NCBI GenBank assembly: GCA_965263165.1 | Contig: OZ253584.1 | Location: 1,209,736 to 1,273,735 of the forward strand | DNA: 64,000 bases | Reading direction: 5' to 3' | Source of the DNA: Dehalococcoidia bacterium | GTDB taxonomy: Bacteria > Chloroflexota > Dehalococcoidia > Lucifugimonadales > SAR202-VII-2 | Part shown: piece by piece, positions 36,311 to 44,687 of the stretch | Position numbering within the stretch: the first letter of the stretch is position 1 | Layout of the letters: the number at the start of each line of letters is the position of its first letter | The notes under the pieces: generated by a model | What the model was told of the DNA's origin: nothing | Databases searched by the model: none | Seen by the model: only the letters and a program-made list of their open reading frames with translations | Position numbers and translations under genes: made by a program

Positions 36311-38322
36311 TTGTGCTACGCTTACGTTGGTTCCTATCGCCGGAGACCCCCTTTGCGAACGCTCGCGCTCCTCGCCTTGATGCTCCTCGCGTTCGCCGCA
36401 TGCCAGTCCGCGCCGCCCACCGGCACTTTCGCGGACCCCGGCGCGCCTCCCACGCCCACCCTTGCGGTCACCCCGCCGCCTACCCCAACCGCCCCGCTCG
36501 CGCCATCCCCGCTGCCTACCCCTGCCGATACCCCAACTCCTACACCGACGGCTACCGCTGTCCCAACACCGACAGCGATGCCAACCGCTACCGCTACCCC
36601 AACGCCTACGCCTACGGCAACCGCCGCGCCCGCGCCAACCCCAACCCCCAGGCCCACGCCCATCCCTACGCCGACGCATAGACAACTCGCCACCGCCGCC
36701 CTCTCCCCCTACCTCTCCTGGTTCAGCTCGCCGTCGGGAGGGGAGTTTTGGCGCATGATGGAAGCGCTCACGAAGATTTGGGTGCTGGACCCCGAGATCG
36801 GCGTTGCTGCTGCGCAGATGCCCTTCTACGACGGCAGCATCACCTATAACGATTATCACGCCCTGGAGGCCCTCGTCACCATCGCCGAGGCCGACCCGGA
36901 CCTGGCGCTGGCTCTCACCGGCTTCCCCTGGTTCGCCGACGGCATACCGGACGAGCGGAGCCCCGTAGCCACAGAGCGCCTGGCGATTGAGTTTCTGGCC
37001 AGGATAGCTCAGGCAAGACCTGGGCTGGCGGCGACGCTCCAAGCCAATGGCTGGTTCGCCGACACTCCGACCGCACGCGAAGCACAGGTGCTCGCTTCCC
37101 TCGCTCGCTTTGCCGAGAAACACCCGAACTTGGCCGCCGAGACGGCGGGGGCCCCTTTGAAGATCGGAGGCGTCGTGGGATATGGATATGGGCGGAATGC
37201 GATTGAATTGCTGCATACATTGGCCGACTGGAATCCGGAGCTCGCGCGCCAGATGCTCGCCTACTTTTCGGAAGAGCCGTTCCGAAACCGCAACTTCTCC
37301 ATGCTGCGCAAGGTGAGCGGTATGAGTTCGGGCAACTCGGACATAACGCGCTTGGAGCGCCTCGTCGCCCAACCCTGGTTCGCCGATGGATTGAATGCGG
37401 AGGAGCGAGCGCTCATCACCGTTCTACGCTTTGGCGGCCAGCAGGCTGACGACCTGATGACCTCCCCATTCTCGCGCTCGGCGGTCATATCGCTGCCCCT
37501 GGCCGGCGAGGTCAATCTCTGGGCGTTCCGGCCCGACCCCTTCCCTCCCGACACCGTGATCGGCGGCAACGTGCTGGAAATGATGGAAGAAGCCGTGCGC
37601 GGCGCCGAGCAGGTGACGGGAGTCCCGTTCCCCACGACCGACGTCATCCTGCTGATCGTTGACCCGGAAAGCCTTGGATTTGCCGGACATTTCAACGGAG
37701 ACCACTTCGTAATCGGGCGGCACATGGAGGGCACCGTGTTCGTAGACCTTGTCTTCCATGAGATAGGCCATTACTACTTCAACTACTTCCACTTCGCGCA
37801 GACCTGGCTCGTCGAGGGGGGGGGGCTGAGCTCGTACACGCGTATGTGAAAGACCGGATAACCCAGAGATACCTTGAGTATCTTGTGCAACTGTCGCCGG
37901 GCGACCCACTTCCAGACGTTCCATTTAGATTCCTAGTTCCCGTTGCAGATCCGAAAGACTACGAGACACTGGAGAACCTGCTGCGCCGCGACGCTGAGAG
38001 CCTTCAGGACCCAAACGGCTGCGGGGCGTTTGAGAACATTCACGCGTTGAGGATCCCCGACCATCCGGCTAGGGGGGAGGCATTTCCCTGCTCCTACGTC
38101 TTCGGCCGGCACCTGCTCCTGAGCCTGCACAACCTGTTTGGGGAAGCGGCGTTCTCGTCGGCCCTGCAGGAGTTGCACCCGCTGTCTCTCGACTCACCCA
38201 GGCCGACCGAGGAAGAGATATACGGCGTATTCCTCAAGCGCACCCCGCCCGGCCTCGAACAGCGGTTCCGCGCCCTGTACAAGCGGGTCCACGGCGGGCC
38301 TTTCCTCAACGCCGGGAGCTGA
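36311..38322 (+). pseudogene. lipoprotein gluzincin (M1-like HExxH...E) metallopeptidase, split by a frameshift in a G10 tract
   Basis: ORFs 36311..37849 and 37846..38322 are collinear. TTG start, signal peptide plus FAAC lipobox, Pro/Thr linker. HEIGH followed by WLVEG, where the frame breaks at 37816-25. Confidence 0.7.
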
Positions 38323-38459
38323 CCCGCTTCTGCTGCGTAGGAGACCTGCGGCAACCCCGCCGCGGTTGACGGTCGGCGCCGAAAGGGGTAAGCGTCAGCG
38401 CAGATCGCCGGGTTCTCCCACTCAACCCTCCCGGCGCGCGCTCTCCATGCGGAACGGCG

Positions 38460-38699
38460 CCTCCCCCAAGCAGGGGCAGGGGGCGCAGCCGCCGCCGGGG
38501 GTACAGCGTGTCCCTCTGTTGCTAAAACGTCCCAGGGCGGAGCGGGCGGGATAACAACGTCCGCGCCAGAAGCCCCCTCCCATCCCTCCCCCAGCAGGCC
38601 CTCCCCCAGCAGGGTGCAGGGGCGCAGCCCCGCCGGGGGTACAGGGGGTGTCCCCCTGTTTCCAAAAACGTTGGAGGGTGGGCAGGTGGGACAACAGCG
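38460..38699 (+). repeat. two ~100-nt direct repeats (38460-38559 and 38600-38699)
   Basis: By-eye alignment gives about 75-80% identity. Both copies start with CCTCCCCC(A)AGCAGG and contain GGGGGTACAG..GTGTCCC.CTGT hairpins. An extra CCTCCCCCAGCAGG sits at 38585. Confidence 0.65.
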
Positions 38700-38782
38700 C
38701 AGGCCAAACCAGACCCTCCGCTGAATGACGACGCAGGCCGCAACAAGACCATCCGTCCAGGAAAAACCCCGCCAACCCCCCA

Positions 38783-38811
38783 TTGCAAAATACGAACGAT
38801 TGTGCTAGAGT
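38783..38811 (+). promoter_or_regulatory. orphan candidate promoter in the non-coding gap
   Basis: TTGCAA, 17 nt, then TGc-TAGAGT (extended -10). No credible ORF lies downstream. Confidence 0.35.
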
Positions 38812-38978
38812 AGCCCCATAAAACCCTGCCGCATACAGGTGGACTGGGGGAATCCATAGCGAGACCCCCTGGGCAGGAGGGTCTGGGAACATTCCCCAGA
38901 CCCGCATCCACCCGAGGAAGGTTGGGACCCGACCGACTGCCGTTGTAGGGCACAGGCGCCTTGGAACCATCCGGCTCA

Positions 38979-39086
38979 GCGACGGCTAACGACGGATCCG
39001 CGACGGCTAAGCGACGGCTGCACGACAGCTAAGCGACGCATCCACGACGGCTAACGACGGGTAACGACGGATAAACGACGGCTCCA
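38979..39086. repeat. array of ten 10-11 bp repeats with a CGACGG core (consensus CGACGGCTAAg)
   Basis: Cores start at 38980, 38990, 39001, 39012, 39023 (CGACAG), 39034 (CGACGC), 39045, 39055, 39065 and 39076. Confidence 0.85.
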
Positions 39087-39113
39087 CGCCTACGGGAGAA
39101 GAAAAAGCAGGCG

Positions 39114-39146
39114 CACAAACAATCAAAGGGTCACAAACAATCAAAG
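39114..39146. repeat. perfect 15-nt direct repeat CACAAACAATCAAAG x2 (period 18)
   Basis: Copies at 39114-39128 and 39132-39146. Confidence 0.8.
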
Positions 39147-39183
39147 AATGAGGTTGAGGCCGGGGAAGCCTCTCATCCCTGCC

Positions 39184-39696
39184 CTAGGTGCTTTCCTCCA
39201 CCTCAACCAACACCTGGCCGCGGCTCACCTGCTCGCCCTCCGCAACGAGGACTCGCCGCACGGCGCCGGCCCTCGCGGCCCTCAGCGTGTGCTCCATCTT
39301 CATCGATTCCAGGACGAGGACAGGCTGGTCCCGTTCCACGATATCCCCAATCTGGACGACGACCTGCAGGACCTTGCCCGGCGCCGGGGCTGCGACGTCG
39401 GCGCTCTCAGGGCCAACCTCGACCTGCCGCCGCCCCCTCCGCCCCGCCGGGCGGAAGATGAAGACGTCGCCGTCGAGCCAGAGGTGGAGCTGCTCACCGA
39501 CCCATGCGTAGGCAAAGGCGAGAATCTCGCCGCCTTTGAGGCGGCAGTAGTCTGAGGTGCCTTCTCCGAGTGCCGCGTCAAGGGCGATGTCGGCCCCTTC
39601 CACATGGACGACGACCCGCCCGCCTGCCTCGGTGACCTCGTAGGTGCACTCCGGGCCTGGGTTGGGATATTGCGGCGCCAGGACCACGCGGCTCAC
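39184..39696 (-). CDS. biotin carboxyl carrier (BT + biotinyl domain) subunit of an acyl-CoA carboxylase
   Basis: VLVLESMKMEH biotinylation motif. GTG 39696 overlaps the upstream stop (GTGA), with AGGAGG 5 nt upstream. Confidence 0.85.
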   Translation of the reverse strand: MSRVVLAPQYPNPGPECTYEVTEAGGRVVVHVEGADIALDAALGEGTSDYCRLKGGEILAFAYAWVGEQLHLWLDGDVFIFRPAGRRGRRQVEVGPESADVAAPAPGKVLQVVVQIGDIVERDQPVLVLESMKMEHTLRAARAGAVRRVLVAEGEQVSRGQVLVEVEEST

Positions 39697-41192
39697 GGCA
39701 ACCTCCTGGGGCCGGCCTGCCGCCAGGGGCTGGCCTCGTCGCCGGATGATGAGCGTTCCAGACTCGGGGCCGTCGAAGGGCGAGAGGCCGCGATCCAGGC
39801 GGCCAGCGCGCCCGCGGCTTCATCCTTCCCGTCGGGCCGCGGAGGTTGAAGCAGAGACGGGTCGTCTAGGAAGGCGGTGCTGTAGGCGCCGCTCTGGAAG
39901 CCGGGATGAGTTATCACCCTGCGTAGGAACGGAATGTTGGCCGCCACGCCGAGCACCGGGAACCGGCGCAGGGCGCCCTCCATCCGGGACAGGCTGGCTT
40001 CACGGTCAGGCCCCCAGGCAATGAGCTTGGCGAGGAGAGCGTCGTAGTGGATAGGCACGTCGTAGCCCTCATCCACGCCGCTGTCCAATCGAAGGCCGGG
40101 CCCGCTGGGCGGGCGCCACCGCAGCAGTCGTCCGGTGGAGGGCAGGAAACCGTTGTAGGGATCCTCGGCGTAGATGCGGCATTCGATGGCGTGCCCCGAC
40201 GGGCGGATGTCCTCTTGGTGAAAGTCCAACGGCTCGCCGGCGGCGATTCGTACCTGCCAGGAGACCATGTCTATGCCCAGGATTGCTTCGGTGATGGGAT
40301 GCTCCACCTGCAGGCGGGTGTTGACCTCCAGGAAGTAGAACTCTCCGGTATCGGGATCGAGCAGGAACTCCACGGTGCCCGCGTTCACGTAGCCCGCAGC
40401 TCGCGCCAGGGCTGTGGCGGCCTCTCCCATCCGCGTCCGTAGCTCCTGCGATACTGCCGGCGACGGCGTTTCCTCGATCAGCTTCTGGTTCCGCCGCTGA
40501 ATGCTGCACTCGCGCTCCAGCAGATGCACGACGCTTCCGTGCGCATCGGCCAAGACCTGGATTTCCACGTGGCGCGGATTGTGGATGCGCCGCTCGAGAA
40601 AGACGCGACCGTCGCCGAAGGCGGCCTGGGCTTCGCGGGAGGCGCTTTCCAGGGCGTGCGGTAGCTCGGCGGGCTCGCTGACGAGACGCATGCCCCGGCC
40701 GCCCCCGCCCGCGGCTGCCTTTACCAGAACGGGAAATCCCCACTCCCCGGCGAGCCTCTGTAGGTCATCGACGACGCCATCGTAGACAGGGCTGCTGGGC
40801 GGCGTGGGAACGCCGGCCTGGGCGGCGATGTCCTTGGAACGCACCTTGTCGCCCAACGCCATCATGCTTTCCGGCGATGGCCCTATGAAAACGAGGCCGG
40901 CATCGCGGCAGGCGCTGGCAAAGGCCGGACTCTCGGACAGGAATCCGTAGCCGGGATGGACCGCCTCGGCCCCGCTGTTCTGCGCAACCGCAAGGAGCTT
41001 GTCGACGTTGAGGTAGGTCTCCTCAGCGGAACTGCCGTGGAGGGGATAGGCCATGTTGGCCATCGCCGCGTGTGGCGACGAAGCATCGGGGTCGGCGTAC
41101 ACGGCAACGGTGGCGACGCCCATGCTCTGGAGTGTCTGCTGCACCCGGACGGCAATCTCGCCGCGGTTGGCTATGAGGACTTTCGAGAACAT
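39693..41192 (-). CDS. biotin carboxylase subunit (AccC / MCC-alpha N-terminal part)
   Basis: MFSKVLIANRGEIAVR...HPGYGFLSE...ATP-grasp...EVNTRLQVEHP. Confidence 0.95.
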   Translation of the reverse strand: MFSKVLIANRGEIAVRVQQTLQSMGVATVAVYADPDASSPHAAMANMAYPLHGSSAEETYLNVDKLLAVAQNSGAEAVHPGYGFLSESPAFASACRDAGLVFIGPSPESMMALGDKVRSKDIAAQAGVPTPPSSPVYDGVVDDLQRLAGEWGFPVLVKAAAGGGGRGMRLVSEPAELPHALESASREAQAAFGDGRVFLERRIHNPRHVEIQVLADAHGSVVHLLERECSIQRRNQKLIEETPSPAVSQELRTRMGEAATALARAAGYVNAGTVEFLLDPDTGEFYFLEVNTRLQVEHPITEAILGIDMVSWQVRIAAGEPLDFHQEDIRPSGHAIECRIYAEDPYNGFLPSTGRLLRWRPPSGPGLRLDSGVDEGYDVPIHYDALLAKLIAWGPDREASLSRMEGALRRFPVLGVAANIPFLRRVITHPGFQSGAYSTAFLDDPSLLQPPRPDGKDEAAGALAAWIAASRPSTAPSLERSSSGDEASPWRQAGPRRLP

Positions 41193-41229
41193 TGGTTGTA
41201 CTGGCTGGGGTAACCTGGGCCTACCGGTG

Positions 41230-41520
41230 TCATTCCTTCAGGGCGCGCACCTGCTCCTGAAGGGCTGCGACGAGGTCGTCAGCTTCATGGGGGGACAGGC
41301 TGAAGGGTTTGCGCGGGCTGATGGGGTAGATCAGGTAGTTGTACAGAGCCAGCCAGGCGCGGTCCTCCCATTCCTGCGATTGAGCGCGCATGACGGCCTT
41401 CAGGTATTTGTTTAGCCAGCGGGACAGGACCTGGTCCCGAACGTCTGGGTCCGAGGCCAGGCCGCCGGCCCGGCCCAGGATTTCGTTCCACATAGGGGAT
41501 GAGAAGACATCAACAGCCAC
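41230..41520 (-). CDS. hypothetical 96-aa protein inside the carboxylase operon
   Basis: GTG 41520 is 4 nt after the carboxyltransferase stop. Strong G/C third-position bias like neighbouring genes. No family recognised. Confidence 0.55.
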   Translation of the reverse strand: MAVDVFSSPMWNEILGRAGGLASDPDVRDQVLSRWLNKYLKAVMRAQSQEWEDRAWLALYNYLIYPISPRKPFSLSPHEADDLVAALQEQVRALKE

Positions 41521-41524
41521 GGCG

Positions 41525-43132
41525 TCACATCCGGAACACGCCCCAGCCGGGCTCAGGCAGGGGTGCGTTCAGCGACGCCGATATGCCGAGGGCCAACATC
41601 GTGCGGGTGTCGGCGGGGTCAATGATGCCGTCGTCCCAAAGGCGGGCGGCGCTGTAGTAGGGGTTCCCCGACTCCTCGTACTGGTCCAGCGTGGGTTGCT
41701 GGAAGGCGCGCTGCTCCGCCGCGGTCATCGTTTGGCCGCTGCGGGCGAGTTGCTGCTGCCTCACGGTGAGGAGCACGTCGGCGGCCTGCTGCCCGCCCAT
41801 CACGGATATGCGGGCGTTGGGCCACGTCCAGAGGAACCTGGGTTGGAAAGCGCGGCCCGCCATCCCATAGTTCCCCGCCCCAAAGGAGCTGCCGATGATG
41901 ACGGTGAACTTGGGCACGGCCGCATTCGTGACGGCCATGACCATCTTTGCGCCGTCCTTGGCAATACCCCCGGCCTCGTACTGGCTGCCGACCATGAATC
42001 CGGTGATGTTCTGGAGGAAGACGAGGGGCACGCGGCGCTGGCTGCACAACTGAATGAAGTGGGCGCCCTTGAGGGCGCTCTCGGAGAAGAGCACGCCGTT
42101 GCTGGCAACGATGCCCACGGGGTAGCCCCACACCCGAGCGAAGCCGCAGACCAGCGTTTCGCCGTAGTTGGCCTTGAATTCGTGGAAGCGGCTGCCATCC
42201 ACGATGCGGGCGATGACCTCTCGCACGTCATAGGGGCGCCGGATGTCTGCGGGCACGATGCCGTAGATCTCTCTGGGGTCGTAGCAAGGGGGCTCTGGCG
42301 CCTGGACGTCGAAGGGAAGCTGCTTGGGCGTGACGAAGTTCTCCACGATGTCCCTTGTGATGGCAAGGGCGTCCTCGTCGTCCTGGGCATAGTGGTCGGC
42401 GACGCCCGATACTCGGGTGTGAACGTCCGCCCCGCCCAGGGTCTCGGCGTCCACGTCCTCCCCGGTGGCGGCCCTGACCAGCGGCGGGCCGCCCAGGAAG
42501 ATGGTTCCCTGTTGCCGAACGATGACGACCTCGTCGCTCATCGCGGGAACGTAGGCGCCGCCGGCCGTGCATGAGCCGAGGACGACGGCAACCTGCGGAA
42601 TCCCCAGCGCCGACATGCGGGCCTGGTTGTAGAAGATGCGCCCAAAGTGGTCGCGATCGGGGAAGACCTCGGCCTGAAGGGGCAGAAAAGCGCCTCCGGA
42701 GTCGACTAGGTAGATGCAGGGGAGACGGTTCTCTAGAGCGATTTCCTGGGCGCGCAGATGCTTCTTGACCGTGATGGGATAGTAAGCGCCGCCCTTCACC
42801 GTGGCGTCGTTGGCCACTATCATGACCTCTCTGCCGCGCACCACGCCAATGCCGGTGACGATGCCCCCTGAGGGGGCCTCCCAGTCGTACATGCCCCAGG
42901 CGGCCAGGGGACTGAGCTCCACGAAGGGCGCGTCAGGATCGAGAAGCCGGTCGATGCGCTCTCGAGCGAGCAGCTTCCCGCGGCTCTTGTGAAGCTCGAC
43001 GGTCTGCTCACTGCCGCCGCTGCGGGCCTGAGCCAACTCCCCCACAAGCTCGGCGATCAGGGCTTCCATATGCGCCTTGTTTTCCTGAAACTCGGCGCTG
43101 TTCAAGTCGATGTTCGTCTCGATGATTTCCAT
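41525..43132 (-). CDS. acyl-CoA carboxylase carboxyltransferase (beta) subunit, methylcrotonyl-/geranyl-CoA carboxylase-like
   Basis: 535 aa with [41 protein letters not shown] and [15 protein letters not shown]. Confidence 0.95.
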   Translation of the reverse strand: MEIIETNIDLNSAEFQENKAHMEALIAELVGELAQARSGGSEQTVELHKSRGKLLARERIDRLLDPDAPFVELSPLAAWGMYDWEAPSGGIVTGIGVVRGREVMIVANDATVKGGAYYPITVKKHLRAQEIALENRLPCIYLVDSGGAFLPLQAEVFPDRDHFGRIFYNQARMSALGIPQVAVVLGSCTAGGAYVPAMSDEVVIVRQQGTIFLGGPPLVRAATGEDVDAETLGGADVHTRVSGVADHYAQDDEDALAITRDIVENFVTPKQLPFDVQAPEPPCYDPREIYGIVPADIRRPYDVREVIARIVDGSRFHEFKANYGETLVCGFARVWGYPVGIVASNGVLFSESALKGAHFIQLCSQRRVPLVFLQNITGFMVGSQYEAGGIAKDGAKMVMAVTNAAVPKFTVIIGSSFGAGNYGMAGRAFQPRFLWTWPNARISVMGGQQAADVLLTVRQQQLARSGQTMTAAEQRAFQQPTLDQYEESGNPYYSAARLWDDGIIDPADTRTMLALGISASLNAPLPEPGWGVFRM

Positions 43133-43297
43133 CCGGGCCTCTCCCTGTTACTGTAGCGACGCCTCGGAAGTGGGGCAAGCTGCCCCACGCCGCCACCGCA
43201 CCTGAGACAGACGATGAGCCTTGGCCCGGTAACGACGTCCCTGGGAGGCGCCGCTAAATCATTCTGCAAGAGCGCCGAGGCCCAGGCACTCCGCCTA

Positions 43298-44542
43298 CTA
43301 CCATAGTCTGTCCAGCGTGAACTGCTGCTCTCCGCCCGGGAATCGGTCTCGGCGCAGGGCCATGTGGCCTGGGCCCAGCAGCGGTATGGGAAGGTCGGCG
43401 TCCCGCCTGCCCAGCTCTTCCAATAGGGGGTTCTCCGGAAGGAAGCCGTCCAACGCGGCGCCGGCGAGGCCCTTGGACAGCGCCAAGACGCGGAAGTCTC
43501 CCATGCCGTCCCGCCTTACAAGCTCTCGCATCGCGTAGCGGTTCGCCTCCTCCTCGTGCGGCGGAAGGCCAAGCCGCGAGAGCTGGCCGAAGAACGTATC
43601 GATGCCAAGGTTCCGCAGAAACTCCCGTTGAGAGACGAAGCCCGCGGTGGCTAGACCCAGGCGCTCTCCCGTCCGGATGAGGTGGCTGAAGTTCACGTGG
43701 GTCGTGATGTCCTGCCGCCCCACCCGTTGATAGGGGTCGCTGCCCAGGGTGTGGCGAAAGTAGGTGCGGAGGGCGCCGTTCCGGCGCTCGGGGCTGTAGA
43801 GGTCGTCAGCAGTGTGGCCGTAATCCACCAGCAACACGATGCCCTCTTCCAGGGCGGCCGCTGCTTCCGCCAGCCAGCGCTCCGCCGCCAGGCAGACCTC
43901 ACCCCGGAAGCCTTCCACCAGCGGGGTCCCCTGTTCCAACAGATAGCGTTCCAGATCGGGCGTGGAGGGATCGCCGAGCTCATCGCTGAGGATGCCATCC
44001 TTCACTGTAACGTAGATCTCGCGCAGGCAGCCGCGTTCGATCTGGAACCGGTGCACCGGCAGAGCGTCGAGTAATTCGTTGGCAACGAAGGCCCCGGTCA
44101 CCTCCCTGAAGGGGACGCCGGTCGTTTCAACCCATTGGAGAGCGCCCGGATCCTGCGGAGGCGCCGCTTCCCCTGCGACGTAGCGCAATGACCGGGCGAA
44201 GGCGGGGTCGAAGCGGGCGGCGAAAGCGGCGGCGACACGGCCAAGAGTTCCACTGCCTGCCCCCAACTCAACCACGTCGTATTGGGCCGGGTTTCCCAGC
44301 AGGCGCCACACCTGCCTTAGCTGGAGCGACACAAGCGCTCCAAAGGCCGGGTGGGCCAGTGGGGCTGTGAAGTAGTCGCCCCCGGCGCCCGTTGGGTTGC
44401 CAGCGCGGAAGTAGCCGACTTCCGGCCCCAGTTGGGCAAGCTCCATGAAGCGGGCGAACGTTATGCGCCCGTCCCTGGCTATTGCCTGGCGGACGAGTTC
44501 TCCGGCGTCTGGATGAGGCTGATTGTCCGAGCGGATGGTCAT
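43298..44542 (-). CDS. MidA/NDUFAF7-family (DUF185) SAM-dependent methyltransferase
   Basis: GDYFTAPLAHPAFGALV...VVELGAGSGTL; 414 aa. Confidence 0.8.
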   Translation of the reverse strand: MTIRSDNQPHPDAGELVRQAIARDGRITFARFMELAQLGPEVGYFRAGNPTGAGGDYFTAPLAHPAFGALVSLQLRQVWRLLGNPAQYDVVELGAGSGTLGRVAAAFAARFDPAFARSLRYVAGEAAPPQDPGALQWVETTGVPFREVTGAFVANELLDALPVHRFQIERGCLREIYVTVKDGILSDELGDPSTPDLERYLLEQGTPLVEGFRGEVCLAAERWLAEAAAALEEGIVLLVDYGHTADDLYSPERRNGALRTYFRHTLGSDPYQRVGRQDITTHVNFSHLIRTGERLGLATAGFVSQREFLRNLGIDTFFGQLSRLGLPPHEEEANRYAMRELVRRDGMGDFRVLALSKGLAGAALDGFLPENPLLEELGRRDADLPIPLLGPGHMALRRDRFPGGEQQFTLDRLW

Positions 44543-44657
44543 GCTTGTGAAGGGGCCTGGGCAACCATAATCTGGTCAATGACGCGAGTGATGGAGCCGA
44601 AACTCGTAACTAAAGGCCGCAGGAATGACCCAAGGCGCATTCTGGCGGCCCTCCGCC

Positions 44658-44687
44658 TTTACACTGCTATAGTTGCTGGGCTATAAT
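44658..44687 (+). promoter_or_regulatory. candidate glnA promoter
   Basis: TTTACA, 18 nt, TATAAT. Implies a leader of about 155 nt before ATG 44848. Confidence 0.5.

Noticed and set aside
36284-37372. 362-aa minus-strand ORF and several 100-150-aa ORFs in all frames over 36330-36760
   Set aside because: They are caused by the ACC/CCG-rich DNA that encodes the Pro/Thr linker of the plus-strand lipoprotein. The same effect occurs at 26830-27180 in the btuF-like gene. These are coding low-complexity sequence, not a regulatory satellite.
38094-38970. Minus-strand ORFs of 229, 182 and 143 aa across the non-coding gap
   Set aside because: They are Gly/Pro/Arg/Trp-rich with no start context. They run through the direct repeats and overlap the peptidase 3' end, so I treat the gap as non-coding.
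38979-39086. CRISPR array?
   Set aside because: The units are 10-11 bp with no spacers, far too short, and no cas genes are present in the window.
38817-39090. Possible RNase P RNA or tmRNA (GAGGAAGGTTGGGAC resembles the P4 GAGGAAAGTCCGGGC; AACCATCCGGCTCA resembles ACAGAACCCGGCTTA; GCTCCAC near the end)
   Set aside because: The two P4-like strands are only about 50 nt apart, and the GGTGAAA/GGTAAG-type core elements are missing. There is no T-arm (GGTTCGA.TCC), no tag reading frame and no CCA-type end for tmRNA.
39690-39700. The BC/BCCP split as a frameshift pseudogene
   Set aside because: The junction is a GTGA overlap with a perfect AGGAGG 5 nt upstream, and there is no homopolymer. This looks like genuine translational coupling, although it cannot be proven without orthologs or reads.
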